The notes below the pieces were generated by a model. It was not told where the DNA came from and made no database searches. It saw only the letters and a list, made by a program, of their open reading frames with translations. A stretch of 64,000 nucleotides of DNA from Mobula hypostoma (lineage: Eukaryota), in the NCBI RefSeq assembly GCF_963921235.1, contig NC_086097.1:191768001-191832000 (forward strand), given 5' to 3'. Both the position numbers and the translations under genes were made by a program. Below are positions 39,630-53,308 of this stretch, piece by piece. Within the stretch, counting starts at the first letter, position 1. Every line of letters starts with the position of its first letter.

Positions 39630-40035
39630 TAATGGCTGTGAGTCTGTACTCACTGGAACTTAGAAGGATGAGGGGGGAATCTCATTGAAACCTTTCGAAT
39701 GTTGAAAGGCCTAGACAAAATAGATATGGAAAGGATGTTTCCCATGGTGGGAAAGTCGAGGACAAGGGGGCCTCAGAATAGAGGGGCGTCCTTTCAAAAC
39801 ACAGATGCAGAGAAATTTCTTTAGCCAGAGGGTGGTAAACTTGAGAAATTTGTTGTCACATGCAGCTGTGGAGACCAGGTCGTTGGGTATATTTCAGGCA
39901 GAGTTTGATAGGTTCTTGATTGGACATGGCATCAAAGGTTACGGGGAGAAAGCTGAGAAATGGGGTTGAGGAGGAGAGAAAAAGGATTAGCCATGATTGG
40001 ATGGTGGAGCAGACTCGATGGGCCAAATGGCCTGA
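39630..40035 (+). mobile_element. CR1 3' fragment
   Basis: SLYSLELRRMRG...LIETFRMLKGL and CR1 3' UTR. Confidence 0.8.
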
Positions 40036-40778
40036 TTCTGCTCCTGTGTCTTATGGAAATGAGCAGAGACACAGAAGGAAGTAGCAGCAGGTGAATGATA
40101 GATGGGGGCAGACAAAGAGAGAGGAAAAAGAACAAGGAACTAAACGGAGCATGAAGAGGGGAGACAGCTGCTGGAAAGAGATAAGTAGGAACACAAATGC
40201 TAGATTCTTGAGGTGAGAATGGGAACCAATAGCTATTAAGGCAAAGACTAATAGACTTTTGATTGGTAAGGGATTAAGGGTTACATGGGGAAGGCAGGTA
40301 AATTAGGTTAATAAAAAAATCAAGACACACAAGTGACATTCTGGCACTAACATTGCATACCCACAACATTCCGCAGAACAATACAACAACAGTGAAAACA
40401 AAAACAAAACAACAGCAAAACAAATCTCCTTTCCATCCGTCCCACCCACCCACTCACCCACAGACAGGTCTCCAAACCCAGGACAGGCCGTCTCTGGCCT
40501 CTGGTCCATGGCCTTTCCATTTGTCCCACCCACCCACTCACCCACAGACTGGTTTCCAACCCCAGGACCTCCAGTCCGTAGCCTTGGATTCTCAGACTTA
40601 CAGATATCGCCCCTTTGGGCCTAGTCCCCGGGATTGACCAATCACAGGGTTGACTTGTACAGAGGTATCTACAGTATGTTATAATTCTTCTATTATTTCC
40701 CCCCCTTACTTAATTATATAAAATGTGTTTTTTGTGCATTTGTTAGAGTAGGAAGTTAAGTCAGTAAATATGACTCAC

Positions 40779-40892
40779 ATTTAGCAGCTGCTTTATCCGA
40801 TCCACACTCCAGTCTCTGAGGTAATAAAAACAGTTCCGCGGATGATGGGCGTGCAAACCCTTTCCAAGACAGTTATCCATGAACGTACAAGC
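40779..40892 (-). CDS. RNF31: RNF31/HOIP-like exon, RING2 zinc-finger insertion and LDD start (ACTFMDNCLGKGLHAHHPRNCFYYLRDWSVDRIKQLLN)
   Basis: caacag / gtgagt splice sites; 114 nt; HOIP-diagnostic LHxHHPRxCxxYLRDW. Confidence 0.95.
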
Positions 40893-43233
40893 CTGTTGTA
40901 ATCAAAAAGCAGTTTCTATTATTGGGATATGGTTACTGTTAAGGTATGCAAGGTGAAAATGTAGAAAAGAGCACAAGCTAAAGAGGACTAGTTAAGTGAA
41001 GTATATTTTGGTTCAAAGCTAAATATCAGATGACATTGGACACAGAGTATGTCTTTTACTCAAGTGGGTTTAGGCAAAGAGGCTATATATAGGAACCAAA
41101 ATTCAAGGAAAGGCAGGCATGAAGGTCATTAATTAATTCTTCATCAAGGAGTCACTTGCACACATCAAATCTCACCATACAAGTTGTAAAATGGCAAGGA
41201 AAAGTTCTGGGTTACAATGACATTACAGATTCATGAAAGGGAACCTACCAACCTTGGACTGACCCACCTGCTTCACCAGCCTGCCATGCGTTTGACTCTC
41301 CGTGCCCTTTCGGTAACTCACCTGATTAATGACTGCAGCCCAATACCGTTCAGAAACCATCAGATGATCAAAAATTGATTGTAGGAAAAGTAGAAAATGA
41401 GAGTAAACCAACAAGATGAGATGAGCTTTAAAAAATTAGCTTTATTTGTCACATGTACATCGAATCATATTTTAAATGCACCATTTGTGTTATCATTTGC
41501 AGTGTGCTGGGGGCAGTCCGTAAGTGTCGCCATGTTTGGTGCCAAAATAGCATGTCCACAACTTCCTAACCCTAACCTCTTTGAAATGTGTGAGGACACT
41601 GGAACATGCAGAGAAACCCACGTGGTCACAGGGAAACAAGATACAAATTACAATTTTTAATGGGGAATAAGAACATTTATCAGACATCACAGAGGTATTT
41701 TTGTATCTAACTTCAATAAGTTACAAATATGTTAGGATTACTGGAGACCCACAGGCCCACTGAGATTTAGGAAGTTTAATTACCACAAGTTGAAGAAAGT
41801 ACTGCATTGACCTGCAGACCTACATATTACAAGTACACATTTGGATGAGAAGCAGGCAGAAGGGTTTTAAGGGGATCTAGACAGGAAAAAGTGAATGGAT
41901 GAGGACAGGAGAGATCGTATTGTGAGAAACTCAAATGGGAAGGGAAAGTACAAGTTGCATGAAGTCCATGAGTTTCCATCTGGCTCCTTTGTGCATCTGG
42001 AAACATCACAGGTTGATGTCAGTTCTGAGATTTTCATCCAAGCTTCAGCATTGACAATACAAATATATATGCAGAAATAAAACTTACAGCATTACTGAAC
42101 CCTGCTTCAAATTCCTAAAAAGATTTTGTTAAATGCTGAAAACTGTCTTGGGCTAGGTTGCCTTCGTCAATATATTTGTCTGGTCTTTTCTGGATTCTTC
42201 AACCTCGTCATTGTTACTATACTCACTTCCAGCTTATAGCTCTCAACTGAACCTTCACCTCAGAACCAGCCAGGTTTAATATCACTGATACATGTCATAA
42301 AATTTGTTCTTTTGCAACAGCAGTACATTCCAATTACAAATAATAAAAAAAATATGAAATATATATTAAAATCAAATTAAATAAGAAGCACAGAAAGAAA
42401 GCAAAAATATTAGTGAGGTAGTGTACATGGGTTCATTGTCCATTCAGAAATCTGATAGCAGAGGGGAAGTCTTCAGCCGCCTGTACCTCCTCCTTTGTGA
42501 TAGCAATGAAAAGAGGGCACGCCCTAAGTGATGGGGGTCCTCAATGACGGATGCTGCCTTTTTGAGGCATCACCTTTTGAAGATGTCCTCGATACTGGGG
42601 AGGCTAGTGCCCATGATGGAGGTGGCTGAGTTTACAACATTCTGCAGCTTTTTTTGATCCTGTGCAGAGGCCCCTCTATGCTAGGTGGTAATGCAAACTG
42701 TAAGGATGTTCTCCATGGTACCTCTGTAGAAATTTGCTAGAGCCTTTGGTAACATACCAAGTCTCTAAGTCTCCTCAAACTCCTAATGAAATAAAGCTGC
42801 TGATGTGCCTTCTTTGTAATTGCATCAATATGTTGGGCCCAGGATATACCTTCAGAGATGTTGACACACTGGAACTTGAAGCTGTTCATCCATTGCACTG
42901 CTGATGAGGACTGGTGCATGTTCCCTCGACTTCCCCTTTCTGAAGTCCACACTCAATTCCTGATGCTACTGACATTGAGTGCAAGGTTGCTGTTGTAACA
43001 CCACTCAACCAGCTGATCCATCTAACTCCTGTATGCCACCTCATCTCCATCTGAAATTCTGCCAACAATAGTTGTGTCTTCAGCAAAGTTACAGATGAGC
43101 TGTGCCTAGCCATACAGTCATGGGTGTAGAGAGAGTAGAGCAATGGGCTAAGCACGCATCCTTGAGCTGCACCTGTGTTGACTGTCAGAGAGGAGATATC
43201 ATTTCTGATCTGTACTGACTATGGTATTCCGGT

Positions 43234-43813
43234 CTTCTTCTTATCGTGTCCACGGACAGTCCATACTTGGCCCAGCCAGAGCTGGACACAGTTTTGCGCC
43301 TTGTTGTTGAATTCGGCAAGATCAGCAACAGTACAGGGTTCCTCCAGCGATGGGCATTGCAGGAAATGTGGCATGGTTTGTGGCTCAGTTCCACATTCAC
43401 AACACACATCAAAGTTGCTGGTGAACACAGCAGGCCAGGCAGCATCTCTAGGAAGAGGCAACCCACATCAAAGTTGCTGGTGAACGCACCAGCAACTTTG
43501 ATGTGCGTTGGCTGCGTTCACCAGCAACTTTGATGTGTGTTGCCTCTTCCCAGAGATGCTGCCTGGCCTGCTGCGTTCACCAGCAACTTTGATGTGGGTT
43601 GCTTGAATTTCCAGCATCTGCAGAATTCCTGTTGGTTCCACATTCACAAGTTGTCGGGCTGGTTGTATATCCCCATTTGCTTAGTGACACCTTTGAATGA
43701 CCTACAGCAGTCCTAAGTCTGTTAAGGCACTTCCAGGCTGCCCAGTTGCAATTAGCTCCTGGGGGAAGGCTTTCATCCGGTGGAATTTCCATTGTTGGGG
43801 GTTGTTTGAGACA
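43234..43813 (-). mobile_element. RTE/RTEX-type LINE 3' fragment
   Basis: WKCLNRLRTAVG...KWGY...CECGTEPQTMPHFLQC Cys/His C-terminus; (aag)n tail; near-perfect TSD GGTATT(C/T)GGT at 43223-43233 and 43814-43824. Confidence 0.75.
43403..43634. mobile_element. Penelope-pLTR-derived multi-inverted insertion
   Basis: 15-bp TSD GTTCCACATTCACAA at 43388-43402 and 43635-43649; splits the host CECGT codons. Confidence 0.8.
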
Positions 43814-44689
43814 GGTATTCTGGTGAGAAAGTCAAAGATCTGGTTGCAGAGGGAGGTACAGAGACCCTTACTACCGGTCTCCATTGATTACTGATAGGCC
43901 AACCAACCTTAACTTTGACCATGATTCTCCAACTACCTCCTCACTAGCAGCGTCCTAGATCAATGTTTTACAAACTCCCAACATGAGTAGCTCCCTCCTG
44001 CTGTACACTTACAATCCAAGCTCAATGATCTGCCCTTCCAGTTCCTGTCTGACAACATCCATTCCACCCCAAGACAAAGGAATAACTGTTTTGATCTCAG
44101 CCTAATAAACTTCCTTTCCAACCCCAGCCTGATATTACTGACTGATGACCCTCACCCTGCACTCCCGAGCCTCTCTCACCCATGACTCATGAATTCCACA
44201 TTCAAACTTGGCCTTGGACTTAACCGAGCAGACACAGGAGGGGCTTTACTTGGCACAAGGCCCATTCTTGATGCCTGACTGTGTGTGTTGCTGAATCTTA
44301 TGATGTGCCCTAAAACAAAAAAAAACGTACATCAGCCCACCGTGCATTGTTAGTCAAAGCAGGTTCTATTCAATGTCAAGGCAAAATAGAAATCCACAAT
44401 TCACAAAACCAGATCAAGTTCAAGCTTATTATCATCCAAACATACACATGTATACAGCTAAACAAAACATCATTCCTCTAGGGCCAAGGGGCAAAACACA
44501 GTACAGATAATCACACACAGCAAATAGTAATGATGTAAAACATAGTCACAAAATAATATTAACAGAAGTTCCTGAATGGCATGGCCTGAATATTGTATTC
44601 TTCAGATGTCTATTATATGGCTTTTACTACTGAAAAGCAGCATGCACAGTAACACACTGATACAAGGTTCGGAAAGAGCAACAACTTAC

Positions 44690-44808
44690 CGATCCTAACT
44701 TAAAAGGTCTTTTACAGCCACCACAGAACTGATATTGACATTCTGGGCAATTAAAATGCATGCATCCTCCTCTGGCCAAGTCAAATCGAGCAGTACAATT
44801 GGGGCAAT
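44690..44808 (-). CDS. RNF31: RNF31/HOIP-like exon, catalytic RING2 (DCPNCTARFDLARGGCMHFNCPECQYQFCGGCKRPFKLGS)
   Basis: cttttag / gtaagt splice sites; 119 nt; LARGGCMHF with catalytic Cys codon at 44762-44764 and His at 44756-44758. Confidence 0.96.
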
Positions 44809-45134
44809 CTAAAAGAAACACAAATACACACAATGAAAGAGAATACAAAACATATAGCTGGTTAAAAGTGGATACATATCAACTAGTTCAACATTACATG
44901 ATATTAATGTTAAATGTAAATTTAAAGTAAGGGGTCAGCATTTTAAGACAGATTAAATGTTTTTTTTCTTCTATCTCTTAGAAGACTGTGGGTCTTAGGA
45001 ACTTTCTTCCTCAAAAGGGTGAAGTGACCAGGATCTTTCTAAATTTTTTAGGCTGATGTAAATGGATTCTTGATGAGTAAGGGATAGAGAGAGGTGAAAG
45101 ATTATTGCAGGTAGATGGGCGAAGATTATTGCAG

Positions 45135-47455
45135 TGGATGGACTTTAGCAAGATCTTGGACAAGGTCTTGCATAGGAGGTTGGTCAAGAAAATTCAGTCA
45201 CTTGGCATTCATTTAGAGATGGTAAACTGGATTAGACATTAGCTTTGTGGGAGATGTCAGAGTGGTAGTAGATGGCTGCCTCTCTGAGCAGAAGCCTGCG
45301 ATTAGTGGTGTGCCACAGGGATCAGTTCTGGGTCCATTGTTGTTTGTCATCTATATCGATGATCAGGATGATAATGTAGTAAACTGGATGAGAAAATTTG
45401 CAGATGACATCAAGAGTAGTGATGTAATAGACAGCGAGCAAGGATATCAAAGATGCTGCGGGATTTGGACCACCTGGAAAAATTGGCTGAAAAACAGGCA
45501 GATGGAGTTAAATGCAGACAAGTGTGAGGTGTTAAAACTTGGGAGAACAAACCAGGGTAGGCCTTACATGGTGAGTAGTAGGGCACTGAGGAGTGTGGTG
45601 GAACAGAGGGATCTGGGAATTCCTTGAAAGTAGTGTCACAAGTAGACAGGGTTGTAAAGAGAGCTTTTGGTACATTGGCCTTCATAAATCAAATTCCTGA
45701 GTACAGGAGTTGGGATGTTAGGTTGAAGCTGTATGAGATGTTGGTGAGGCCAAATTTGTATTGTGTGCAGTTCTGGTAACCAACCTGCAGGAAAGATATA
45801 AAGAAGATTGAAAGAGTACAGAGAAAACTTACAAAGAGGTTGCCAGGACTTGAGGAGCTGAGTTATAGGGATAGGTTGAGTAGGTTAGCACTTTATTCCT
45901 TAGAGCGTAGAAAAATGAGGGCAGATTAGGTAGAGGTATACAAAATTATGAGTGGTATAGATATATACAAACAAGCTTTTTCCACTGAGGGTGGGTGAGA
46001 TGAGAACTAGAGGTAATTGGTTAAGGGTGAAAGGTAAAATCTTTAAGAGGACCATGAGGGGGAACTTCTACACTCAGTGGATGGTGACAGTGTGGAATGA
46101 GCTGCCAGTGAAAGTGATGGATTTCAACTTTAGAAACACAGGAACTCAGAAAACCTACAGCTCAATACAGGCCCTTCGGCCCACAAAGCTGTGCCGAACA
46201 TGTCCCTACCTTAGAAATTACTAGGCTTACCCATAGCCCTCTATTTTTCTAAGCTCCATGTACCCACCCAAAAGTCTCTGAAAAGACCCTATCGTATCTG
46301 CCTCCACCACTGTTGCCAGCAGCCCATTCCACACACTCACCACTCTCTGAGTAAAAAACTTACCCCTGACATCTCCTCTGTACCTACTCCCCAGCACCTT
46401 AAACCTGTGTCCTCTTGTGGCAACTATTTCAGCCCTGGGAAAAAGCCTCTAACTATCCACACGATCAATGCCTCTCATCATCTTATACACCTCTATCAGG
46501 TCGCCTCTCATTCTCCGTCGTTCCAAGGAGAAAATGCCTATTCTCATAAGGCATGCTCCCCAATCCAGGCATCATTCCTGTAAATCTCCTCTGCACCCTT
46601 TCTATGGCTTCCACATCCTTCCTGTAGTGAGGCGACCAGAATTGAGCACGGTACTCCAAGTGGGGTCTGACCAGGGTCCTATATAGCTGCAACATTACCT
46701 CTTGGTTCCTAAATTCAATTCCACGACTGATGAAGGCCAATACACCGTACGCCTTCTTAACCACAGAGTCACCCTGCTCAGCTGCTTTGAGTGTCCTATG
46801 GGCTCGGACTCCAAGATCCCTCTGATCCTCCACACTGCCAAGAGTCTTACCATTTATACTATATTCTGCCATCATATTTGACCTACCGAAATGAACCATT
46901 TCACACTTACCTGGGTTGAACTCCATCTGCCACTCCTCAGACCAGTTTTGCATCCTATCAATGTCCCGCTGTAACCTCTGACAGCCCTCCACACTATCCA
47001 CAACACCTCCAACCTTTGTGTCAACAGCAAATTTATTAATCCATCCCTGCACTTTCTCATCCAGGTCATTTATAAAAATCACGAAGAGTAAGGGTCTCAG
47101 AACAGATCCCTGAGGCACTCCACTGGTGACAGACCTCCATGCAGAATATGACCCGTCTACAACCACTCTTTGTCTTCTGTGGGCAAGCCAGTTCTGGATC
47201 CAAAAAGCAATGTCCTCTTGAATCCCATGCCATCTTACTTTCTCAATAAGCCTTGCATGGGGCACCTTATGAAAAGTCTTGCTGAAATCCATATACACTT
47301 TTAAGACAAATTTGGATAGGTACTTGGGAGGCAGGGGTATAAAGGGCTATGGTCCACATGTGAGTCGATGGGACGAAGCAGATTAATATTTCGACACTGA
47401 CTAGATGGGAAAAGAACCTGTTTCAGTGCTTTAGTGTTCTAGGACTCTATAACTC
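45135..47455 (+). mobile_element. CR1 3' fragment split by an opposite-strand CR1
   Basis: GVPQGSVLGPLLF, KFADD; its 3' UTR resumes at about 47299. Confidence 0.85.
46130..47298 (-). mobile_element. 5'-truncated CR1 (RT C-terminal half)
   Basis: ORF 46483-47298; same subfamily as 26127-28905; acttt at both junctions. Confidence 0.9.
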
Positions 47456-49161
47456 TATAGATCTGATCAGCCATAATTTAATTTCAAGGCAGCACAGGCT
47501 TGAGGTGTCAACAATTTATATGCTCATAAGTAAATCAGGGTACCCGTTATCACTTCTCAGAAGATTCTGATGCTTAATTACAAAGAAACCACTGAAGAAG
47601 CTACATAACTCTGCTGGCATAATCAGGAACAGCCATAGCAAAGTTTTTTTTGCACCTGGTAAACTAAAAAAGGATTTCACCTCAGTAAACCATTTTGAAA
47701 GAGTTTCAGCACAGAAATGTTATTATTTAGTATAATATTGTAGTATTGGTTTACTATAGGACGAAGAAGCTTTAAAAGGCAACAAAATTTTTCAGAGTGA
47801 TTGATATCTGGAACTTGTACCTAGAAGAGACAAGAGAATTGGGAATAATTGTTTTATTTAAGAAATATTTAGAATTGCACTTTATAAAAACAAGGCATAT
47901 AAGGATATATACCTAGCACAGGCAAATGGAATTGGTGTGGACGGGCCAAAAGATCGGCATGCACTGAGCCCATTTCTGTGCTCAGTGTCTCTATATTTTC
48001 AAATGCAGTACAATTTCTCGGCCGCATTATTCCCTGCACCAGGTCCATGGGAGGCCAGGGCTGAGAAGTATATGGGCCAAAGACAAGAAATTGACACTAG
48101 CTGGCATGGATTTGTTGGGCTGAAGAGCTTGTATCAATGTTATATCGTTCTATGACTCTATAGGCATTCCCTTGATGATTTGAACCCTTAAATCAACAAA
48201 AGTCTAAGAGAGTTCCTAACTCTATCATTGAATCACCCTGTAATTTTTCAGCCCTCATGCTGGAAGATCAAAAAAAAATTGTTTTCACACTAATAAATAA
48301 CTCACTGTCAAAACAGTTTCCTTAATGGTTCCTTATGCCACAGCTTGAATAGTACATGTCCTAGACGGGATATGTTGGATGTGGAAGATGTGTTGGAGAG
48401 GGTGCAAAGGAGGTTCCCACGGTTGTACTGGATGCAGCATTCTAGTTATGAGGACAGGATGGATAGGCTGGTTTGCTTTCCTTGGAGTTAAGCCTGAGGG
48501 GGACCTGATTGAGGTATGCAAAATTAGGAAGGGCATAGACAGAGAAAATGGTAGGAAGCTTCTCCCCAAACTAAAGGTGTGTAATAAAACACAGGTTTAT
48601 GCTATGGGGTAAGAGGTTTAAAGAAAATCTGAGGATGATGTTTCTTTAAACCCGGGTTCCTAGAATCCAGAACATGTTGCCTAAGGCATAGAAGCAATGA
48701 ACCACGTGCTAGTGAATAGAATTATGTAGGTAGGAATTTGATGGTTGGCATGGACACGATGGGCTGTAGAGTCTGTTTCTTTGCTGTCGGACTCTAAATC
48801 TTACTTAATCAAATAATGCGTCAAAAGCTGATTTTAAAAGCTATATAATGTCATTCATTGTAGATAATTGTACTGTTTTATCACATTGATTTACATAGCA
48901 AAATTGCAGTATTATTTCCAACAAGAAATCTTGTCAACTCAGAACCATTGTGGCAGCAGTCCCTCAGAATTGAGGATGACAGGCCTTCAGAAGGTTGAGA
49001 AAATGGACCCTGAACGTACATTTCTGTTAGCTGTATGGGTTATGTTGTTCCTTGGGAAGTGGAATATGCAGCCCCAGTTGTGTCCAATAGCCACAGTTCA
49101 CCAGGTTGGACTAAAAGAATTAATTTATCATCAGCAGCTACTGCTGAGTGCAACTGGTTAC

Positions 49162-49276
49162 CTATTCCATTCTTGCTGAGATAGATGTCCAACGTGCTTG
49201 CCTGATACTCAGGGTTATTCTGCTGCTTCCACATCTTGAACTGTTCACAGCTGATCCCTTCATGCTGTTGCTCCCA
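49162..49276 (-). CDS. RNF31: RNF31/HOIP-like exon, IBR end and linker (WEQQHEGISCEQFKMWKQQNNPEYQASTLDIYLSKNGI)
   Basis: cttcag / gtaacc splice sites; 115 nt; aligns with HOIP WEEQHRGRSCEDFQNWKRMNDPEYQA. Confidence 0.95.
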
Positions 49277-49371
49277 CTGAAGAAAGAACAGGAGACGTGA
49301 AGTTCCACAAGAGTTTTGTAATGTGGATCAATTAAATGCAAAGAACTGTATAACCTAAAAAGATTACTTAC

Positions 49372-49461
49372 AGGAATCTTACACTGGGAGCATGTGCTTT
49401 TGTTACAGGATGGACAATCCATTCTCAACCTATTGATATCATGCAACAGTCCAAAGACACA
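49372..49461 (-). CDS. RNF31: RNF31/HOIP-like exon, IBR (CVFGLLHDINRLRMDCPSCNKSTCSQCKIP)
   Basis: ctttcag / gtaagt splice sites; 90 nt; IBR cysteine spacing. Confidence 0.94.
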
Positions 49462-50037
49462 CTGAAAGAAATAAGATAATCTTAACCAGGGAAACCAGAT
49501 GCCTTTAATACTGCCTCAAAACATAGCTCATCCAGTTTGTATTAAAAATTTGACCAAATAATTTCAATGAAATGGCTTCTTGAAGAGATTTGTTTCCATG
49601 GGAGCTCGTAAATTAAGGGGGGGCGGCAAGCTGTAGTCATCGTTCACTAGCATACCTTTCTACAATGGCTAAAGTGATCAGACGATCAGACAGCCTTCAC
49701 AGGTTCAATGAGGAAATCAAGCAAAAACTCCATAATTAACAAGTCCTAGCATTTAAGTGCTGGTACAAAAAAGCTAAACTAACATAATATTTTAAAACAG
49801 CTCAAGAGAGTCAGTCTACTTTTCGTTTCATTAATTCTGTTATTTTGAAGCCATTGCCTGATAAAGTTTGGCTGAACGTTCTCTTAAGATGTGAAAGAGG
49901 GTTGGATAAGACCATTTTAAATGTGAAATGGTACTCTGTGGAGTATTTTAAAATCCTATAGACAGAAGATGCCAAAATGTAGAATGAAGGTGCAAGAAAA
50001 TACAAAGGAAATAAAGAACATCCCTTAATGTAGATTA

Positions 50038-50280
50038 GAAATATAGAAACATAGAAAACCTACAGCATAATACAGGCCCTTCAGCCCACAAAGCTGTGCC
50101 AAACATGTCCTAGAACTACCTAGGCTCTACACGTAGCCCTCTATTTTTCTAAGCTCCATGTAACCATCCAGGAGTCTCTTAAAAGACCCTATCATTTCCG
50201 TCTCCACCGCCTGCAGTCCATTCCACGCATTCACCACTCTCTACATAAAAAAACTTACCCCTGACATCTCCTCTGTACCT
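50038..50280 (-). mobile_element. CR1 3' tail
   Basis: Matches 46130-46385; (tttctatg)n tail. Confidence 0.8.
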
Positions 50281-52454
50281 AGGTTGTTCAAAGAGGGGCA
50301 AATTATGAGGCTATAAGGCTAGAACTTGCGGGTGTGAACTGGGATGATGTTTTTGCAGGGAAATGTACTATGGGCATGTGGTCGATGTTTAGAGATCTCT
50401 TGCAGGATGTTAGGGATAAATTTGTCCCAGTGAGGAAGATAAAGAATGGTAGGGTGAAGGAACCATGGGTGACAAGTGAGGTGGAAAATCTAGTCAGGTG
50501 GAAGAAGGCAGCATACATGAGGTTTAGGAAGCAGGGATCAGATGGGTCTATTGAGGAAAATAGGGAAGCAAGAAAGGAGCTTAAGAAGGGGCTGAGAAAA
50601 GCAAGAAGGGGGCATGAGAAGGCCTTGGTGAGTAGGGTAAAGGAAAACCCCAAGGCATTCTTCAATTATGTGAAGAAAAACAGGATGGCAGGAGTGAAGG
50701 TAGGACCGATTAGAGATAAAGGTGGGAAGATGTGCCTGGAGGCTATGGAAGTGAGCGAGGTCCTCAATGAATACTTCTCTTCCGTATTCACCAATGAGAG
50801 GGAACTTGATGATGGTGAGGACAATATGAGTGAGGTTGATGTTCTGGAGCATGTTGATATTAAGAGAGAGGAGGTGTTGGAGTTGTTAAAATACATTAGG
50901 ACGGATAAGTCCCCGGGGCCTGACGGAATATTCCCCAGGCTGCTCCACGAGGCGAGGGAAGAGATTGCTGAGCCTCTGGCTAGGATCTTTATGTCCTCGT
51001 TGTCCACGGGAGTGGTACCGGAGGATTGGAGGGAGGCAAATGTTGTCCCCTTGTTCAAAAAAGGTAGTAGGGATAGTCCGGGTAATTATAGACCAGTGAG
51101 CCTTACGCCTGTGGTGGGAAAGCTGTTGGAAAAGATTCTTAGAGATAGGATCTCTGGGCATTTAGAGAATCATGGTCTGATCAGGGACAGTCAGCATGGC
51201 TTTGTGAAGGGCAGATCGTGTCTAACAAGCCTGATAGAGTTCTTTGAGGGGGTGACCAGGCATATAGATGAGGGTAGTGCAGTGGATGTGATCTATATGG
51301 ATTTTAGTAAGGCATTTGATAAGGTTCCACACAGAAGGCTTATTCAGAAAGTCAGAAGGCATGGGATCCAGGGAAGTTTGGCCAGGTGGATTCAGAATTG
51401 GCTAGCCTGCAGAAGGCAGAGGGTCGTGGTGGAGGGAGTACATTCAGATTGGAGGATTGTGACTAGTGGTGTCCCACAAGTATCTGTTCTGGGACATCTA
51501 CTTTTCGTGATTTTTATTAACAACCTGGATGTGGGGGTAGAAGGATGGGTTGGCAAGTTTGCAGACGACACAAAGGTTGGTGGTGTTGTAGATGGTGTAG
51601 AGGATTGTCAAAGATTGCAGAGACACATTGATAGGATGCAGAAGTGGGCTGAGAAGTGGCAGATAGAGTTCAATCCGGAGAAGTGTGAGGTGGTACACAT
51701 TGAAAGGACAAACTCCAAGGCAGAGTACAAAGTAAATGGCAGGATACTTGGTAGTGTGGAGGAGCAGAGGGATCTCGGGGTACATGTCCACAGATCCCTG
51801 AAAGTTGCCTCACAGGTGGATAGGGTAGTCAAGAAAGCTTATGGGGTGTTATCGTTCATAAGTCGAGGGACAGAGTTTAAGAGTCGCGATGTAATGATGC
51901 AGCTCTATAAAACTCTGGTTAGGTCACACTTGGAGTACTGTGTCCAGTTCTGGTTGCCTCACTATAGGAAGGATGTGGAAGCATCGGAAAGGGTACAGAA
52001 GAGATTTACCAGGATTCTGCCTGGTTTAGAGAGTATGCATTATGATCAGAGATTAAGGGTGCTAGGGCTTTACTCTCTGAAAAGAAGGATGATGAGAAGA
52101 GACATGATAGAGGTATACATGATAATAAGAGGAATAGATAGAGTGGATAGCCAGCGCCTCTTCCCTAGGTCACCACTGCTCAAAACAAGAGGACATGGCT
52201 TAAGGTAAGGGGTGGGAAGTTCAATGGGGATATTAGAGGAAGGTTTTTTACTCAGAGAGTGGTTGGTGCGTGGAATGCACTACCTGAGTCAGTGGTGGAG
52301 GCAGGTACACTCGTGAAGTTTAAGAGACTACTAGACAGGTATATGGAGGAATTTAAGGTGGGGGCTTATATGGAAGGCAGGGTTTGAGGGTCGGCACAAC
52401 ATTGTGGGCTGAAGGGCCTGTACTGTGCTGTACTATTCTATGGTCTATGTTCTA
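50281..52454 (+). mobile_element. Young 5'-truncated CR1; 624-codon open RT frame lacking the endonuclease
   Basis: ORF 50334-52208 with DFSKAFDKV and FADDTK, but GVPQVS and GHLLF substitutions in conserved motifs; CR1 3' UTR and tail. Confidence 0.93.
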
Positions 52455-53209
52455 AATACAAGTCCCAAGCTCCTCTCAGCTCAGCAGACAGATTATTGCC
52501 AAATATGATACAGGCTAAAACCATCATATTTTTAGATTGTAAAATATTCAATCATCAGGCAGGGAAGTGACCCCAAATGTTACTGAATTGCCGAAGAGAT
52601 TTGAGTGTGGTCTCCTGCTGCAGTTGATCTTCCTCTAATGTAGAATTATAGAACTTGGACAAAGTGACATCCCAGAACAGGTTCCAATAGTTCAGTACTG
52701 GGAAGGTTTCTAATTCAAAAACCTGGGATCAATAAAGTATGACTATGACTATGACTACACCTTTGACCACCTTGTAATTCATGCTAGAACATGTGGGTTT
52801 CTACATATTAAGTATCGGCAGTTTCTATGGGATGTTTCTATATGCAAGTGACTATATAGTCTTGCCCTTAAAATAAAGAATGGTCACAATCAAGTCCTTG
52901 AGATTACTAACAGCATGTGATTGAATGACAGATACAGCATTGCTTCCAAGAGAGGAGAAACAAACAATCAGGAGAAGACACTCACTACCTTAAGCTTTTC
53001 AATTAGATTATCTATCAGTTTTGGTTGTTTAACTTCTAATAACTTTGCCTAAAATAAGACCGATTAGAATCTTTTTCATTGCTTTGCTTTCCCTAGATTC
53101 TTGTTACAAATATTCATAAAAAAAACAAATTTTAACATGCATAAAAAGAGTTACTAAAATAATGCCTCTACTTCGAAACTGAAATAAAATAACCACAAGA
53201 TTGTCTTAC

Positions 53210-53308
53210 ATGTGCACACCATCTGAAGTTTGGCATTTCCATCAGCGTTCGGTCTCGTAGCTTTTTTTGAAATAATTCATGTGTTTTTTCATCAAGATAA
53301 TGGCGAAT
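53210..53308 (-). CDS. RNF31: RNF31/HOIP-like exon, RING1-IBR linker ([33 protein letters not shown])
   Basis: atatag / gtaaga splice sites; 99 nt; aligns with HOIP LFHKKLTEGVLMRDPKFLWCAQ. Confidence 0.94.

Larger units (their letters stand above)
42260..43895 (-). mobile_element. Rex1/Babar LINE fragment hosting nested insertions
   Basis: LSPLLYSLYTHDC, SLCNQIFDFLTR; reading resumes across the 43234-43813 insert. Confidence 0.8.

Noticed and set aside
43401..43601. CRISPR-like array of ~26-bp repeats
   Set aside because: The context is eukaryotic, the repeats are in mixed orientation and there are no unique spacers; it is explained as a Penelope pLTR rearrangement.
49625..49715. 5S rRNA / SINE3-like fragment
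   Set aside because: Only a short gatcgtctgatc resemblance; no internal promoter boxes can be supported.
50334..52208. Longest ORF (624 aa) as a host gene or domesticated reverse transcriptase
   Set aside because: It is a 5'-truncated CR1 ORF2 with no endonuclease, substitutions in conserved RT motifs, an ordinary CR1 tail and a sister copy nearby.
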